The notes below the pieces were generated by a model, which was given only the letters and a program-made list of their open reading frames with translations, was not told the origin of the DNA and made no database searches. 64,000 bases of DNA from Squalus acanthias (lineage: Eukaryota). The DNA is taken from the NCBI GenBank assembly GCA_030390025.1, contig CM059432.1, forward strand, positions 90,026,001 to 90,090,000, written 5' to 3'. This document shows positions 10,457 through 23,918 of the stretch, one piece after another. The position numbers and the translations under genes are program-made. The number at the start of each line of letters is the position of its first letter. Position 1 is the first letter of the stretch.

Positions 10457-13400
10457 GTCCATAAGCTTTTCAATGTTTTCATTTTTAAAAAGTGTTCACA
10501 GCAAAATGCTTCACAAAATTTCAATAGGGCTGTTTCCTGCCATTGCAAAGGAATTGATTACTTATATCCACTACTTTTGTCCACTGTGTTTAGTAGATTT
10601 TTGAAAGTTAAATTCTTAGATTTGCATGGAGTGCTATTCTGGACACATCGCAGTCTGCAAAGTACTCAAAATAACATTTTGGTTTATCCCTTAAGTAAAT
10701 CATTGTCCAAATGGTACACAAAATACCTTAGAAGCAGTGCATGAAATTATTCTTGTTTTCACTAGAATAGAAATGCATATTGCATTAGACTGTCCAGTCA
10801 CATGCTGAGCATCTTGCGAAGATTATCACATGCCAGTCACACTAAGCCTCAGTGGTGCCGCTCTGTGTCATTATTTTCAGCATCAATTAATACTCTCCTG
10901 ACCTCATCTTCTGTAAAACTTAGAGAATTATCAGTGCTTATTTTTCAGAGCCTGTTGTGAAGGCATTAGGCCAGTGTATGATCTAAAAAATGTAGACCAA
11001 ACAGCATACTTTCTCATCTGCACAGTTTTTAAGGCTTTTCCTTGAAGCCTTGAGGACAAATAAAGGGGAAGAGTGAATAGTCCAGGTGGTAAAGATAGAC
11101 TTACTGAAGTATAATGGCAGGTTAACACGGAAGATCAACAGCAGCTGAAAATGGTGATCCCACTGTGTGTGCAAACTGAAGAGAAATGTCCAAACTGTCA
11201 TGTTCCCCTGATTAAAGGATCTGCTGTGTACACTGGTCAACCTTTATCCTGAACCCTTATTAGACTTCATTTTTTTCCCCACGCAGCATTCAAAATTATT
11301 GAAAGGGTCAGACATTTGCAGTTAACTCTTTGCAAGCTGCTGGGCCTTTACAGTTTTCAAAGTGCAGATGTATTTTCTTTCACACATCAGGAAAAATGAT
11401 TTTCGGTGAATTCCACTCTCAGGAAAACAGTGCAGTTGTACAGAACGTTGCTTAATTCATTGCTTAATTAGTACTTTTGGGATTAAGAAAAACATTGCAG
11501 TTATGATAATTTTTGAATGCTGTGTTAAATAATAGTGCAACCATCAAAGTATTAACCCTTAGGGCACTGAAAGGTCCCAGCTCCCTGAATGAGCCAGTTT
11601 TTTTTAGATTTTCAGCTCACACGTTGTGTGCTGGATACTTATATAGGCTTTTTCATAAAGCTACTCAAATATAATTAATAGTAACCCTATACAAATAAAT
11701 ATTTTAAGTAATTTTAAATAAAAATTATTCTTTTAAAAAACGTTTTCATTCTTCTGTTTTCCTCTATTCTTGATTCTTCCCCATCCGTTCTCCTGCATTT
11801 ATTGTTTAAATGAAAATGAACTTCCTTTCTAACTAGCAGATTCTCTTCTGATGGACCTGTAGTATTTTTTGTTAAACCAGTGCCCAATCAAGCATAAAAC
11901 AGAGTGAGGTAAGGTGTATTACAGCAGCATGTAAGAGGAGCCACATCAGGGCCTGGGGCTGCAGTTCAGCACTTCAGCCCTGGATAAGGCCGGGTTCTCA
12001 GACAGTACTTTTTTATAGGACATATTTCATATTTGAAGCAGCAATAAGCAGTGCAGCTAATAACCATTACTCATGTTTTGTTGCTACTCTTCTAACCTGG
12101 TCTAGCTCGACTGGATCCAGCACCCCTCCACTGCTTTCTTTGTTGAAGTCCCTGTATAGCCATTAGATACCTGTTTTGAAGTAGACAGATGTTGGAGCTG
12201 ACCAGAACAAAATGCATTTGCTGATTTATTGTGTGTAAAAAATTATTAATGTATAATTGTTTGATTAAATGTCAGATTCTTTACTCGAATAACCAGAGGC
12301 CCTGCGGTTTCCTGGCAGTGAGGTAGTTGCACTGACTAACAGTACCAGGGCTGGGAATTCATTCCTAAGGCATTCTCCAACTAAAATATTTATGGTATAC
12401 TTTTGGCTTGGATTGTAATAGTCATTGAAGTTGAGTGGCTATTTATTAGTTGAGATCCAGGCTGCTGCTGCTGATATTTTTAATAAAAGGCACTTGCAAT
12501 TTGAAAAGAAAGCTGCACCCAGCAATGGATGGGGAGAACAAGGGAACTACCACCAAGAACTCTGGGAAAACTCCTCTGGGTAAATGTGAAAATATAGTTC
12601 CCATCAAAATGTTATTCTATGGAATTTATTCTCCCATTGTGTCTTACTACTATCCCTGCATGCGGTGTAATATTATACCATTAATATGGAAAGGGACCAA
12701 TTGTTTTCACTTCAGGTTAGCTTACTTGGAACTGTCCAGTGTTTCTGATCCAAAAATGTGCTGGAAGCTATGAAAAAAGCTGAACACAGATGGCAAATCA
12801 GGAATAGTACTGTCTAAGCTCTACGTGTTAATTTATTCAGGTGTAATATAGTTTCAGGGAAACCTCACTCTGCTTGGAGGAGGGTCATGGCATGTAAAAT
12901 TAGCAGAGAATAGACGCTGACCTCTTAGATTCCTCAACCAAAGAAGTGAAAAAAATGTTTCAAAATGTACGAAGCCAGGATGTAGTGAAATTAGGATTAT
13001 TGTTGCACCTCGTCAGTCCTTAACATATATTAATGTGTGACTGAATTTGGAAGCAAGTGACATTCACCCAAGCAGGACTGAAATAAATGCCCTGTTTGAT
13101 AAAAAAAAACAGACAATTTATGTATACCCTGAAGAGTTAACAGCTAGTGAGCCATTCCTATGGGTCAAGTGCTGCATTTGCATTTTGATGGGATGTTATC
13201 AAGTAATTAATGCACCAGTCAGGATTTATTACCTCAGGAGTGAATTGAAAGGTTCATTACAAAATCGGTTTCACTGGAAGATAGGCATTTCCTCAGAGTT
13301 AGCTTTTGACATGTTGTTCCTCGCACACTCCGCCTGTGGCAGCAATGGTAGAAGGCCAGTGAGGTGAAATTCATTGCTTAATAAGGGCATTCACATTGGG

Positions 13401-16400
13401 TATTCTTGTGATAATAAATGTATACATCAAGGCCTTGCTGCCTTGTCAGTTTAATTGCTTCTTGTGCTCCTTAACAAGCCAATCTTAATCAGTCTGGACC
13501 ATGTTATGAATAATTTAGAGATCAGCAAACTTCACATTTAATAAGCTGTATCAGATTATTAAACTTAAGTGCACTGTTTAGAGAAAACATGCAAAACACG
13601 TTTGGCTCTTCATTAAGTTAAGGCAAAAGCAGTGAGCAAGTTACTGTAGCATTTGTGTTTCATAAGGAACAGCTGTTTTTCTTACCCATGCAGCCTATTT
13701 CTTGTGCAGTGAAGGCCACAGTACAAAGGCATAATGGGAAATTTGAGCAGCAATCAAATTATAGCTATAAAATGAAACAGCAGACAGTTTGTGGAAATAC
13801 AGTGTAGTATGAACTGTCCTTTATGACAATTTGAAACACTATTCCTACATAGCTATATATTTCTGAATTTTTAGTAAAAGATAAATGTAGCTTTAGTTTA
13901 GACAGTTCACTTTATGTTTTAATACAGACCTGTAAAGACATATAGTAAATAACTAAAATGTTAGATTTTGCAGTAACATAAAATGAGTATTAATGTATTT
14001 AAAGGAGGTTGAGGTTTGTAAATGTTTGTTTTATATCACATTATATTCTGTCAGTTCATGTTAAATAAATAATCTACCTCCTACAAAATTTTACATGCGA
14101 CACTTACCAGGAATGCTTGCCTTGCAGAAATTGATGAAATATGTTCCCTATGCAAAGTTGATATTGCAATAAAGAAAAATAGATTTATAAAATAAAAAAC
14201 TAGCATGTACATTAATTTTTGACAAGCTCCATCTTGATGGAATAGGAAAAAGGAAGGCTGTGTTTTTTTGTCACTTTATCTGAGCTGTCAAAACTAATGT
14301 TAGTTTTATAGAGCTTTTAAAACACTTTATCGTTCTACAAAACATCAGTTTCATCAGAGCTCAGAAGTGTTGAATTTTTTATATATCTAATGGCTCTACA
14401 AATGTAAATGGTCCTGTAACTGTTTTATACCTCTGCTGTTCCATTGCAATGAATATAAATCTTTTAAAAAATAGCATGAAGTTAATGATAAGCTTGTAGT
14501 TGTTTGATTTGGGACAGCTTTAAGCCACAGTAGACACACAGGCCTCCAAAATAACCACGCAGTTACCGGTTTGAAGTAGAATTTTTGGGCTGATTGCAAT
14601 GGTTTTCGGTTTCGGGGGGAAAAAAATCTACCAGTGAGCACTGTGCTATTTAACCTGTACTCCAACCTGCCGCACTCGACAGTCCAGCCTAGTTCTTTGT
14701 TCTTCCTCGGGTTAATGGAGATTGAGAAGATGGGCAGAGAAGAAGCAGTGTAATTTTCTGCTATTTAAGCTTGGCGAAATGGCACTCTTCAGGAAGCAGC
14801 AAAAGTATGAAACTGTAATAGGCATTTTAAAATGGGGAGTCCATATAGATGCTTCAGGGATTCTCAGATTTAGGCATGCATAGAATTTGGAATGAGATAA
14901 TCAGCATTGTGAAATTGAAACCTGTCTGCTGCCTGCTGCTGTTACTCTTCTCACTGCAGAATGATTTGTAACACTCATCTTCTTGAAGCAATGCAACCTT
15001 CAAGATTATCCAGCACTGTCAATAGTAATTGTGAAAGTATTTTATTACTGACAGAAATCAAGGATATTTATAACCAACAGAGATCCAGTTTCAACGTTGG
15101 GCTAGGAAAAAGCAATCTTTTCTGGAATATGCAGCTTTTCCTAATCTTTTTAACGTGGTGATCGTATGACTGTTGCCTGGGTTATTTTAAACTGAATCTG
15201 GAATGAAAACAATATCTTTTAAAAATTCACTGGAAAATTGTGAGGCTGTCAATAGGATTCTTGGACCATTCTTTCAGGTTATGAGCATTCATGATAGCAT
15301 CTTTGTTAATTAAACATGCTTTTCAGTAAGATATTTATTTCAGGTATTGAAACACAAGATTCTGTTTAAAAACTGAGAATAATCCCAATCCACAGTTTAG
15401 AAACTATCAACATGTTTTAATTCCTAGAAATGTACTCAAGTTTTTGGTTGAAATTTGAGGAAATGAATGACCAGTAACAGAAATGTTACTGTAGTTGCCT
15501 CTTAACCATAGCTTCTATCTGTCACCCAAATCCACCTCCTTCAACCAGAAAAGCTTTAATAGTTTTTGGACATGCCACTAGGTGGAGTGTCACACAAAAG
15601 GAAGGTTTCCAGGGGGTTGGGGGAAGAAAGACAACCTGATAATGTACAGCTTAACTGTTGGAATTAAACTCCTGCCAACTGATTAATGGTTCGTGATTGC
15701 AGAGCAGTCTACAGCCCAGACCTTTATTGTGTCATGGCTGTAGGACGATTCACGATGGCCCGTCTCGGCTGAGGGTGATGTTTGACGTTACATTACACAA
15801 TCCCAGCTCGATGGTGAGCAGATCGAAGCCAGAGGCAATGCACAGTGACTGGTCAGAACCAATGAGTTAGACCATGATGTGTGATATTGCATTACAGCGT
15901 CCCAGATAGAGAATGGTGTGTGACACTGTAATGTAGCATCCAGATAGAGAATGATGCATAATGTTCCATTGCAGCATCCCAGCTATAGTGTGAGTGTAGA
16001 CACAGTGTAATGGTTGAAGCACAATATTCCAGCTGGCCGATGACTTTACATGTACATTATTATATCCCAGATAGAGAATGAGCATGATGGGAAGTAGGCT
16101 ACAAGGGAAGAAAAAAACCGAGAAAAAATATCTTTAGTTGCTCTTATAAATAACATGGTGGCCGAGAAATTCAGTCTTACCGCTGGCCGTTAAGGCCAGT
16201 TTCGGGAAAAAAAAGTGGCGGCTGCCTCACTTCCGCCTGCCTCCAGCGCGGGACTCAGTGGCTGCCATTTTGGTAAGGGCTATAGCACGATGGCACCAGA
16301 AATGTAAATCAGCAGAGCATGATGACGCCGACTTGACCCCGCGGCTGCAAAGTTCGACCTTTTCGCGAAGTTTACCATTGGGTCCTAAGCACGCTCAGAA

Positions 16401-16620
16401 AAGCGTGTGTGAAGCACCCCTGCAGAGATGCTGTCAAGGCTTATATAAGGGACACACACATCTTTCAGGTAAGTTTGGATTTAAGCTTTTGGACTGGTTT
16501 TTTAATATTCTATTGAAGTAGTGGCTTGGTACAATAGATGTTAAAAGATCTTAAAGTGGTCAGGGAGTGCTGCTGGATGCTTGTAAGGCTTTGGATGGTA
16601 ATGGAAGGCCTCTGAGACGA

Positions 16621-16755
16621 CAGAAAATGCTGGAAATACTCAGCAGGTCAGGCAGCATCTTGACGTGAGACGTGAACTCTGTTTCTCTCTCCACAGATGC
16701 TGCCTGACCTGCTGAGTATTTCCAGCATTTTCTGCTTTCATTTCAGATTTCCAGC
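16621..16755. repeat. Perfect 40-bp-arm inverted repeat insert (probable Penelope-like retroelement terminal fragment)
   Basis: CAGAAAATGCTGGAAATACTCAGCAGGTCAGGCAGCATCT (16621-16660) and its exact reverse complement (16695-16734). Absent from copy C2. The Penelope label is from recall only. Confidence 0.8.
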
Positions 16756-16768
16756 ACCCGCTCACCGA

Positions 16769-17041
16769 GGGAAGAGGAAGAGGAAGAGGAAAAGGAAGAG
16801 GCAGAAGAGGAAGAGGTGGAAGAGGAAGAGGAAGAGGAGGAAGAGGCAGAAGAGGAAGAGGCAGAAGAGGAAGAGGCGGAAAAGGAAGAGGTGGAAGAGG
16901 AAGAGGCGGAAGAGGAAGAGGCAGAAGAGGAAGAGGAAGAGGCAGAAGAGGAAGAGGTGGAAGAGGAAGAGGTGGAAGAGGAAGAGGTGGAAGAGGAAGA
17001 GGCAGAAGAGGAGGAAGCAGAAGAGGAGGAAGCAGAAGGAA
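16769..17041 (+). repeat. Purine-rich (GAAGAG)n / 15-bp GYRGAAGAGGAAGAG expansion in the acidic transposase tail
   Basis: Reads EEEE(A/V) repeats; about 270 bp here versus about 55 bp in C2 (49025-49080). Confidence 0.92.
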
Positions 17042-17316
17042 GGAGGCAACCCAGACAGCCCCTTTCTGGCTGGGATGTCCGAGATCGAATCATCCACCTG
17101 CGGTACCAGTGACCACAACCCCAATTCCTCTTTCAACATTTGTCCCACACCTTACCTTCCCTCTGTTGCTGCCCATCACAGCATCCTCTTGGCCATAATA
17201 CTGAAATAAAAGCCACCACAACCAAACTTTCCAATCCAACTTTAAACATCTATCCATCCAATATGACATCAAGAAATCCACTAATCACCCTTGTAAATTC
17301 CCTGAGTGACTGTCTT

Positions 17317-17476
17317 ATAGATGCATTTAAGGGGAGGCTAGATAAGCATATGAGGGAGAAGGGAATAGAGGGTTATGCTGATAGAGTTAGATGAGGAAAG
17401 TGGAGCATAAATGCCGGCATGGACTGGTTGGGCCGAATGGCCTGTTTCTGCTGTATATCCTATGTAATCCTATGTA
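17317..17476 (+). mobile_element. 160-bp CR1 3' end inserted in Harbinger C1
   Basis: IDAFKGRLDKHMREKGIEGY and a CCTATGTAATCCTATGTA tail as in the 36931 family. GTCTT is duplicated at 17312-17316 and 17477-17481; empty site in C2. Confidence 0.9.
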
Positions 17477-17499
17477 GTCTTGTGTGTGCCTTTGCCTAT

Positions 17500-18302
17500 C
17501 CTAGTGATGTCACGTAGTGCTACCCCAGTGGCTGCAGCATGGCTGGTGGAAGGCTGCTGACTTTCAGTGGGGGACACTGCAGATGGCCTTGCAGGATGAC
17601 CTCGTGCAACTGGTGGCCGGGAATGTCAAATCGAGTGACGGTGTTTCTTCTTCATCTTCTTCTTCACTCTCTGTCTTCTTGGTCAACCACTGGCTGGATT
17701 TCTTGGGTGTCTGAAATAAGGAAGGCACAAGGGCAGGGTTGTGGTGAGGAGAGGGCGGAAAAGCAAGAAGTGCATACTTACACCATGTGCACCTTGTTAA
17801 GATATTGTGGGATGAGGGGGAATAGGATGTGAGAAGGAGGATAACGAATGAGGATACCAGTATCTTGTATCCTTTCAGCCCCGCTGCTGGCCAAGGGCTC
17901 AGCCATGCCCCTACCAAGAATGGCCAGCACCGTCTCCTCCAAGAGGGTGAGGTGAAGCTAGGAATGGGAGGTGTACCTCGTGTTTAATAGAAATTGTTGG
18001 TAGGTGAGTGATGGGAGAGGGGGCGTGCATTGAGCAGTGTGCGAGGCTAGTGGTGCAGTTGGTAGGAGGGGCTTTTGAAGATGCATTCAATGACCTTGAC
18101 CACTGGTCAGAGGTCATGAAGCTTCTTTGGGCACTGGAGCCCGGTCGTGGGGGCGACACTGGTGGCAGTGATGGCCTCAGTGATGTGGTCCCCCATCCTG
18201 GCCCGTGGGTAGAGGACCTCTCTTGCAGTGTTGATCCCCTGAACAATCCTGGAGTGCTGCATGTGAGACCCTAGGTGCCCCTTCCCTGGCTTGCTGAGCC
18301 AT
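17500..18302 (-). pseudogene. Harbinger C1 Myb/SANT-like gene remnant
   Basis: MAQQAREGAPRVS start at 18302, LQCPKKLHDL motif, and an acidic exon ESEEEDEEETPSLDLT. Confidence 0.7.
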
Positions 18303-18747
18303 TTGTATTAGTGCTGAAGCACTTTTACCATTTTTTTAGGTGCAGAAGGCAGTTCAGTTTAAGAGCTAAAGACTGCCATTTGGGAATTATTTTTAATGTT
18401 TTTTTTTCAGAAGGCAGTTGAGCTATAAGGGCTAAAAACTGCCTATTTTTAAATGATTTTTATTTTTTTCATTTTAGAAGGCAGTTCCCATTTAAGGGAC
18501 CGACACTGCATTCTAAAATGACAGCCATGCTTTAAGACAACTCTGCTCTTGCTTCAAGGCGCAACAGCCATGCTACATTGGACCTCCTGCGCTGGAAAAC
18601 CAATCTTGCACTGTAGGTTTAGTGCTGTGCTAATTTAAATTAGCAGGCAGCACCAAAATACTGTGCTATGATTTTGGCCGACCATTAACTTCATCCCGCG
18701 GTGGCCAGGTTTCTGGTCCACTGCAATTTCTAGACCTATGTGTCTTG

Positions 18748-20281
18748 AACATAAAAAATAGGAGCAGGAGTAGGCCATTCAGCCCTTCGAGCCTGCTCTG
18801 CCATTCAATAAGATCATGGCTGATCTTTTACCTCAACTCCACTTTCCCGCACTATCTCCATATCCCTTGATTCCCTTAGTATCCAAAATTCTAGCGATCT
18901 TTGTCTAGAATATACTCAACGACCGAGCATCCACAGCCCTCTGGGGTAGAGAATTCCAAAGATTCACAACCCTTTGAGTGAAGAAATTTTTCCTCATCTC
19001 AGTTCTAAATGGCCAACACCTTATTCTGAGATTGTGGCCCCTGGTTCTAGACTCCCCAGCCAGGGGAAACATCCTCCCAGCATCTACCCCGTCAAGCCCT
19101 TCAATGAGATGTTTCAATGAGATCACCTCTCATTCTTCTAAACTCCAAAGAATATAGGCCTAGTCTACTCAATCTCTCCTCATAGGACAATCCCCTCATC
19201 CCAGGAATCAGTCTATTGAACCTTTGTTGTACTCACTCTAAGGCAAATATATCCTTCTTTAGGTAAGGAGACAAAAACTGTACACTGTACTCCAGCCTAA
19301 TTGCTTGCTGTACTTGCATGTTTACTTTCTGTGATTCGTGTACAAGGACACCCAGGTTCCTTTGAATACCAACATTTCCCAATCTCTCACCTTTTAAAAA
19401 ATATTCTGCTTTTTTATTTTTCCTACCAAAGCGGATAATTTCACATTTCCCCACATTATATTCCATCTGCTACGTTCTTGCCCACTCACTTAACCTGTCT
19501 CTATCCCTTTGCAGCCTCTTTGCTCCTCCTCATAGCTTACTTTCCCACCTAGCTTTGTATCGTCAGCAAACTTGGATACATTACACGCCATCCCCTCATC
19601 TAAGTCTTTGATATAGATTGTAAATAGCTGATGCCCAAGCACTGATCCTTGCGGTACCCCACTAGTTACAGCCTGACAACCTGAAAATGACCTGTTTATT
19701 CCTACTCTCTGTTTTCTGACCGTTAACCAATTCATGCTAATATATTATCCCCAATCCCATGAGCCCTAATTTTGTGTAATAACCTATTATGTGGCACCTT
19801 ATCAAATGCTTTTTGAAAATCCAAATGCACTACATCTTCTGGTTCCCCCTTATCTACCCTGCTACTTACAACCTCAAAATACTCTAACAGCTTTGTCAAA
19901 CACGATTTCCCTTTCATAAATTCGTGTTGTCTCTGCCTAATCATATTATGATTTTCTACGTGGCCTGTTACCTAATACTGTAATAGGTTCTAGCATTTTC
20001 CCTACTACTGATGTCAGGCTAACTGGCCTAAAGTTTCCTGTTTTCTCTTTCACTAATTTCTTGAATAGTGGGGTTATGTTTGCTACCTTCCAATCTGCTG
20101 GGATCGTTCTAGAATCTAGGGAATTCTAGAAGATCAAAACCAATGAATCCACTATCTCTGTAGCCACCTCTTTTAAAACCCTAGGATGTAGGCCATCAGG
20201 TCCAGGGGATTTGTCGGCTTTTAGTCCCATTAATTTCTCCAGTTCTACTTCTTTACGAATACTAATTTCTTTAAGTTCCTT
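18748..20281 (-). mobile_element. CR1-type LINE copy 2 (RT and 3' UTR, internal deletions, 5'-truncated)
   Basis: [60 protein letters not shown]. Confidence 0.95.
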
Positions 20282-20394
20282 GATAATTTCCTTAATTTCT
20301 TTAAGTTAATTGATAATTAAAGATTTCTAGGAGAGTATTTTTAAAAACATTTTTCTTATGTCCTTAATGTTTCTCTGAAAGAGAAAGAGAACTT

Positions 20395-20700
20395 ATGCTG
20401 GGCTATAACCCACGGAGCTTTTCGTTATGTATGAGCCTAAAAGGTGATTGTCAGCAGGCTCTTTCGTGCATTACCTCCAAACCTGATCTCATCCACATCC
20501 CAACATCTACACATGTCCACATGCAGCAGGTATTACTGGGCGTCTAGGAGCGGTGGATATCTAGTTGATTTCTTTGCTGCCACTAGCTCAGTCGCCAGTT
20601 TTAGCACCCCCTCAGCTACCCCAACTAAGATTAGCTAACATACATTGAATCTGGGGTCTTCCTGTGCCACACTACACTGTACATTTATTCACTGTACTTT
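20395..20700 (-). mobile_element. Old SINE relic (same family as 25740 and 43340)
   Basis: Diverged colinear similarity to 43340-43725 (gcaggct.ttt; acatc; gcagcagg; ttagcta; gaatct..g.g.c.ttc.tg). Confidence 0.5.
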
Positions 20701-23023
20701 CAGGCGATTTCATGTTTCCCCCTTTTTAAAATAAATCTTCCAAATGGACCATTATCAATCAGCTAATCGTCCCCTGAATAAAAAAGCTGGATGGCCTATC
20801 CAACCTTTGCAGCCTCTTTGAATGCCATTCCAGGTTTCCCTGCCGGGAGTAGATGTGTAATTGCAGGAAGGTGTCGTCCCTTGCCAATTCTGTGATGTAT
20901 CTGAAAACCTGGGTGAGATTAGCAACTTACTGTCCTGCAGAAACTTAGGTACAAATGCCTACAGTATCAACTGAGATTTGAACCTGGATCTCTTCTATGG
21001 ATGCTGTGCCAAGAGTCACTGCTCAGCTGTATGAGTTCAGTTCAGGGAAGATTGCAGTGGTGAAGGCTGAGCTGTTTATTTTCAGTGTGTAACTCTGGAT
21101 CGAGTGTTGCAACATTCATCTCTCAGAAATGGCACGACTGTATTTGCCGAAAGATGCACATGATAATCTCCTGCTGGAGTGTGAGCACAGTGAACTGGCC
21201 CGTTTCTGCGTTACTCACTACAATAGATCGAAGTAAAGCTCAATAACACTAAACCAATGCCTGTTTGAAAGATTTGTTTTACAAAACCTTTAAAACTGCT
21301 TTGGATGTACGTACATTGATTTTGTTCGAATCTCCTGAGCTTTGATGGAAAAGCAGATTCCATAGATTCCACATACAGATGACCCCTCCCCCTTCCTCCA
21401 GCTCGCTTCCATAAATGCAAAAAGATTAAGGATTTTTATCATGATCCTGAAATAATCAGTGGCACAGGGTAATAATCTTGGCCCTGAGCCAGTGTTATTG
21501 TTTTCTTAGGTCACACAATCAGTTCAAACAATTCTTATTGACTTTCACTTGCTGTGTTCTGCCATTACGCAAAGTTTGTGTTATTAATCAAAACCATATG
21601 TTGCAAATTGCCATCAAAAACTAAATTCACTGCCCCTGCCATATATATGGAATCACTGAATATTCATTTCACAAACTGGGAAAGTTGTTTTTTTACGATA
21701 CTTCAGTGAAGGCTTAATAAATAATTGAGTTGAAGATGTTAAAACACCAATACTTTCCCGAGGCTGGGTTCAAATGTCCTACAGCCATTAACTCGTTATG
21801 TTACACAGATGTTACAGAGCAATGTATGTCAACAGCAAGCGGTAAATAGTATATTTTTAATCGATTTAACCTCTGTTAGCCTGGTGCATTAGTCAAACAG
21901 GATGCAGTACTTGTATGTTGCTCAGTGTGAGCCGCTCATATTTTTCACTACTGTGCGATTGAGGATTAATGTATAAAAGCATGTTGCATCTAGGGGAATA
22001 GGCCGATATTATTCCAAGGCTGTGTGACAACAAAAGTGAACACCAGTCATTGGATATTATATTTATCTGGTGTCCTCATTTCTTTGGCAATGAAATAAAC
22101 ATTTTTGTATGGCTCATTTATTACTACTGAAATAAGCCTTGGAAAAATATTTATTTTCAGCAGGCAATATGCAGATAAGGTCTTGTACAATAATTCCATT
22201 GTGTAGCCCATGACCCATGCAGGATATGAGTCTAGCAGCTGGGAGCTTGCTAATTATTTGCTAGAGATACACAGTATGGGTACAGTATACATAATTTAAC
22301 AAACTGCATTAGAGTTTCAACATGCTGCACCATAGAGTGTTAGAATTAGAGTTTTTGCCCCACAATTCTCCATGAAGCTGGCCCCCAAACTCAACAATGA
22401 TTTCAAGGAGGAGGCATCAAGCTGAAACCTTCCTCTTTCCCACAGAGAGGTAGGGAAGATTGGAAAGTGAGTAATCTCAGCTATCAGCTACTACTGAGCA
22501 GCTGGCTCGAGAGCAGTGAGACGGCTCGAGATTTTTGATCATTGTTTTCTTCACAGAAATAATTTTTGGCATTGAATTATATTCATGGGTTGTGTTTTAA
22601 AACAAAGTGAATTTGAACAGGTTTAAAAAGAAAGACCACAAGTTGGAGGCATTGAAGATTGTGTATTAAAGCCAGACGAGCCATTTTAAAGAATGTCACA
22701 ACTAGCAGTCTATTTGAAACAGATACAACAAGGATCTGTTGTCTCATCCCAGGCGCATTAACCAGGATGACCAGGGACATTAAGCAATTTGTCATCTCTT
22801 CTCAGGTGCCCAACAAATATTAATATTCAATCTATTTATTTGTGCATGGCTTGAAGTTTCTCCTGGCACAATGGGTGGTTTTGTTGGCAGGCTTGCAGGC
22901 AAATCCCAGCAATGGAAAGTATCAGAGACACCACCCTTCTACCTCCTGCGATCAAATTAAGAGAAAAGAAAGGAAAGCCCATGTTTGAGGCCAGTCAGGT
23001 TTTGAACAATAGACTGAGATATA

Positions 23024-23612
23024 AGCCTTGATTTTAACGCAGAGCAGGATAGGTGCGTAGGCGTGGGGAGGGGCTGGCGCAGAGTGAGCGATAAACTCAC
23101 ATGTTGAGACCCGGTGAGCTATTACCTCCAGGGCCACATTTGCATATTCAGCATCAGACTCCCACCCAAACGCAGCAGGAATCACTGACCAGCGGGGCAA
23201 GCGAGAATTTGGGCAGCAGGAGGCTGTCCCTGGGGACCTGCGGGAAAGGTCCCCGGCAGTCAGTTAAGTCTCGGGGAGGAGAATCCCGATCGGTGGAGAG
23301 GGAAAGCCAGGGCAAGGGAGGCCTAAGGTTTCCTTGTGGGGCCCGGAGGAGCAGCTTTGGCCTGGCAGGAAAGCCCCTGCTCAGGTCTCGCAAGTTAAAA
23401 TCGCATATCAGTCCCCCCGATGATGTCATAGGAGCCCGATCTGCATATTTAAAGAAGACCCAGTCGGCTGGTGGCGTGTGCTCTTGCCGCCTGCAATTTA
23501 TAATTGTGATCAATCAGATCGGAGCGGGAAGGAGTGGGTAAGTCCCCCGCTCCATTATTACTGCCCATCACAGCCTGGTTTCCACCAGGCGGGGGGAATT
23601 AAAACCTAGGCC
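23024..23612. mobile_element. Harbinger/Tourist-like MITE family E (589 bp)
   Basis: Termini AGCCTTGATTTTAAC and ATTAAAACCTAGGCC; ATA on both sides; GC/CpG-rich island in AT-rich DNA. Confidence 0.72.
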
Positions 23613-23918
23613 ATAGTCCTGGGCCCAGAGCGGAGAGCTAAAATGCAGGAGATCAGGTTTTGCAGTTAGAAGTTGACAAGAAAGAAAGAAATGCCAAAAA
23701 CAAGTGAGTCAGCCCATGAAAGGGACAGGTTTATTATTTTTCTCCCATTTGTCGAGGAGAAACGTGAGATTCAGTTAAGTGGAATTTTCTCCATAAATTC
23801 ATTTGCTGTCTGTGAAATAAAGCCGCCTAACAATTCGCAACTGCCTCATCCTACCGAGTGTTTCCGTCTGCCTTCCAAAAGATTGGGGAATTGCATGAGG
23901 GCACGTGGGAAAGACCTG

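Larger units (their letters stand above)
16160..18736. mobile_element. PIF/Harbinger family C, copy 1, non-autonomous, with two nested insertions
   Basis: Termini GGCCGAGAAATTC and GCAATTTCTAGACC. Long colinear match to 48432-50430. Transposase C-terminus (EEEE..RQPLSGWDVRDRIIHLRYQ*) on +, Myb exon remnants on -. TSD not recognisable. Confidence 0.82.

Noticed and set aside
16697..17209. Lys/Arg-rich protamine-like, poly-Ser and poly-Phe/Leu ORFs
   Set aside because: Alternative frames of the GAAGAG expansion.
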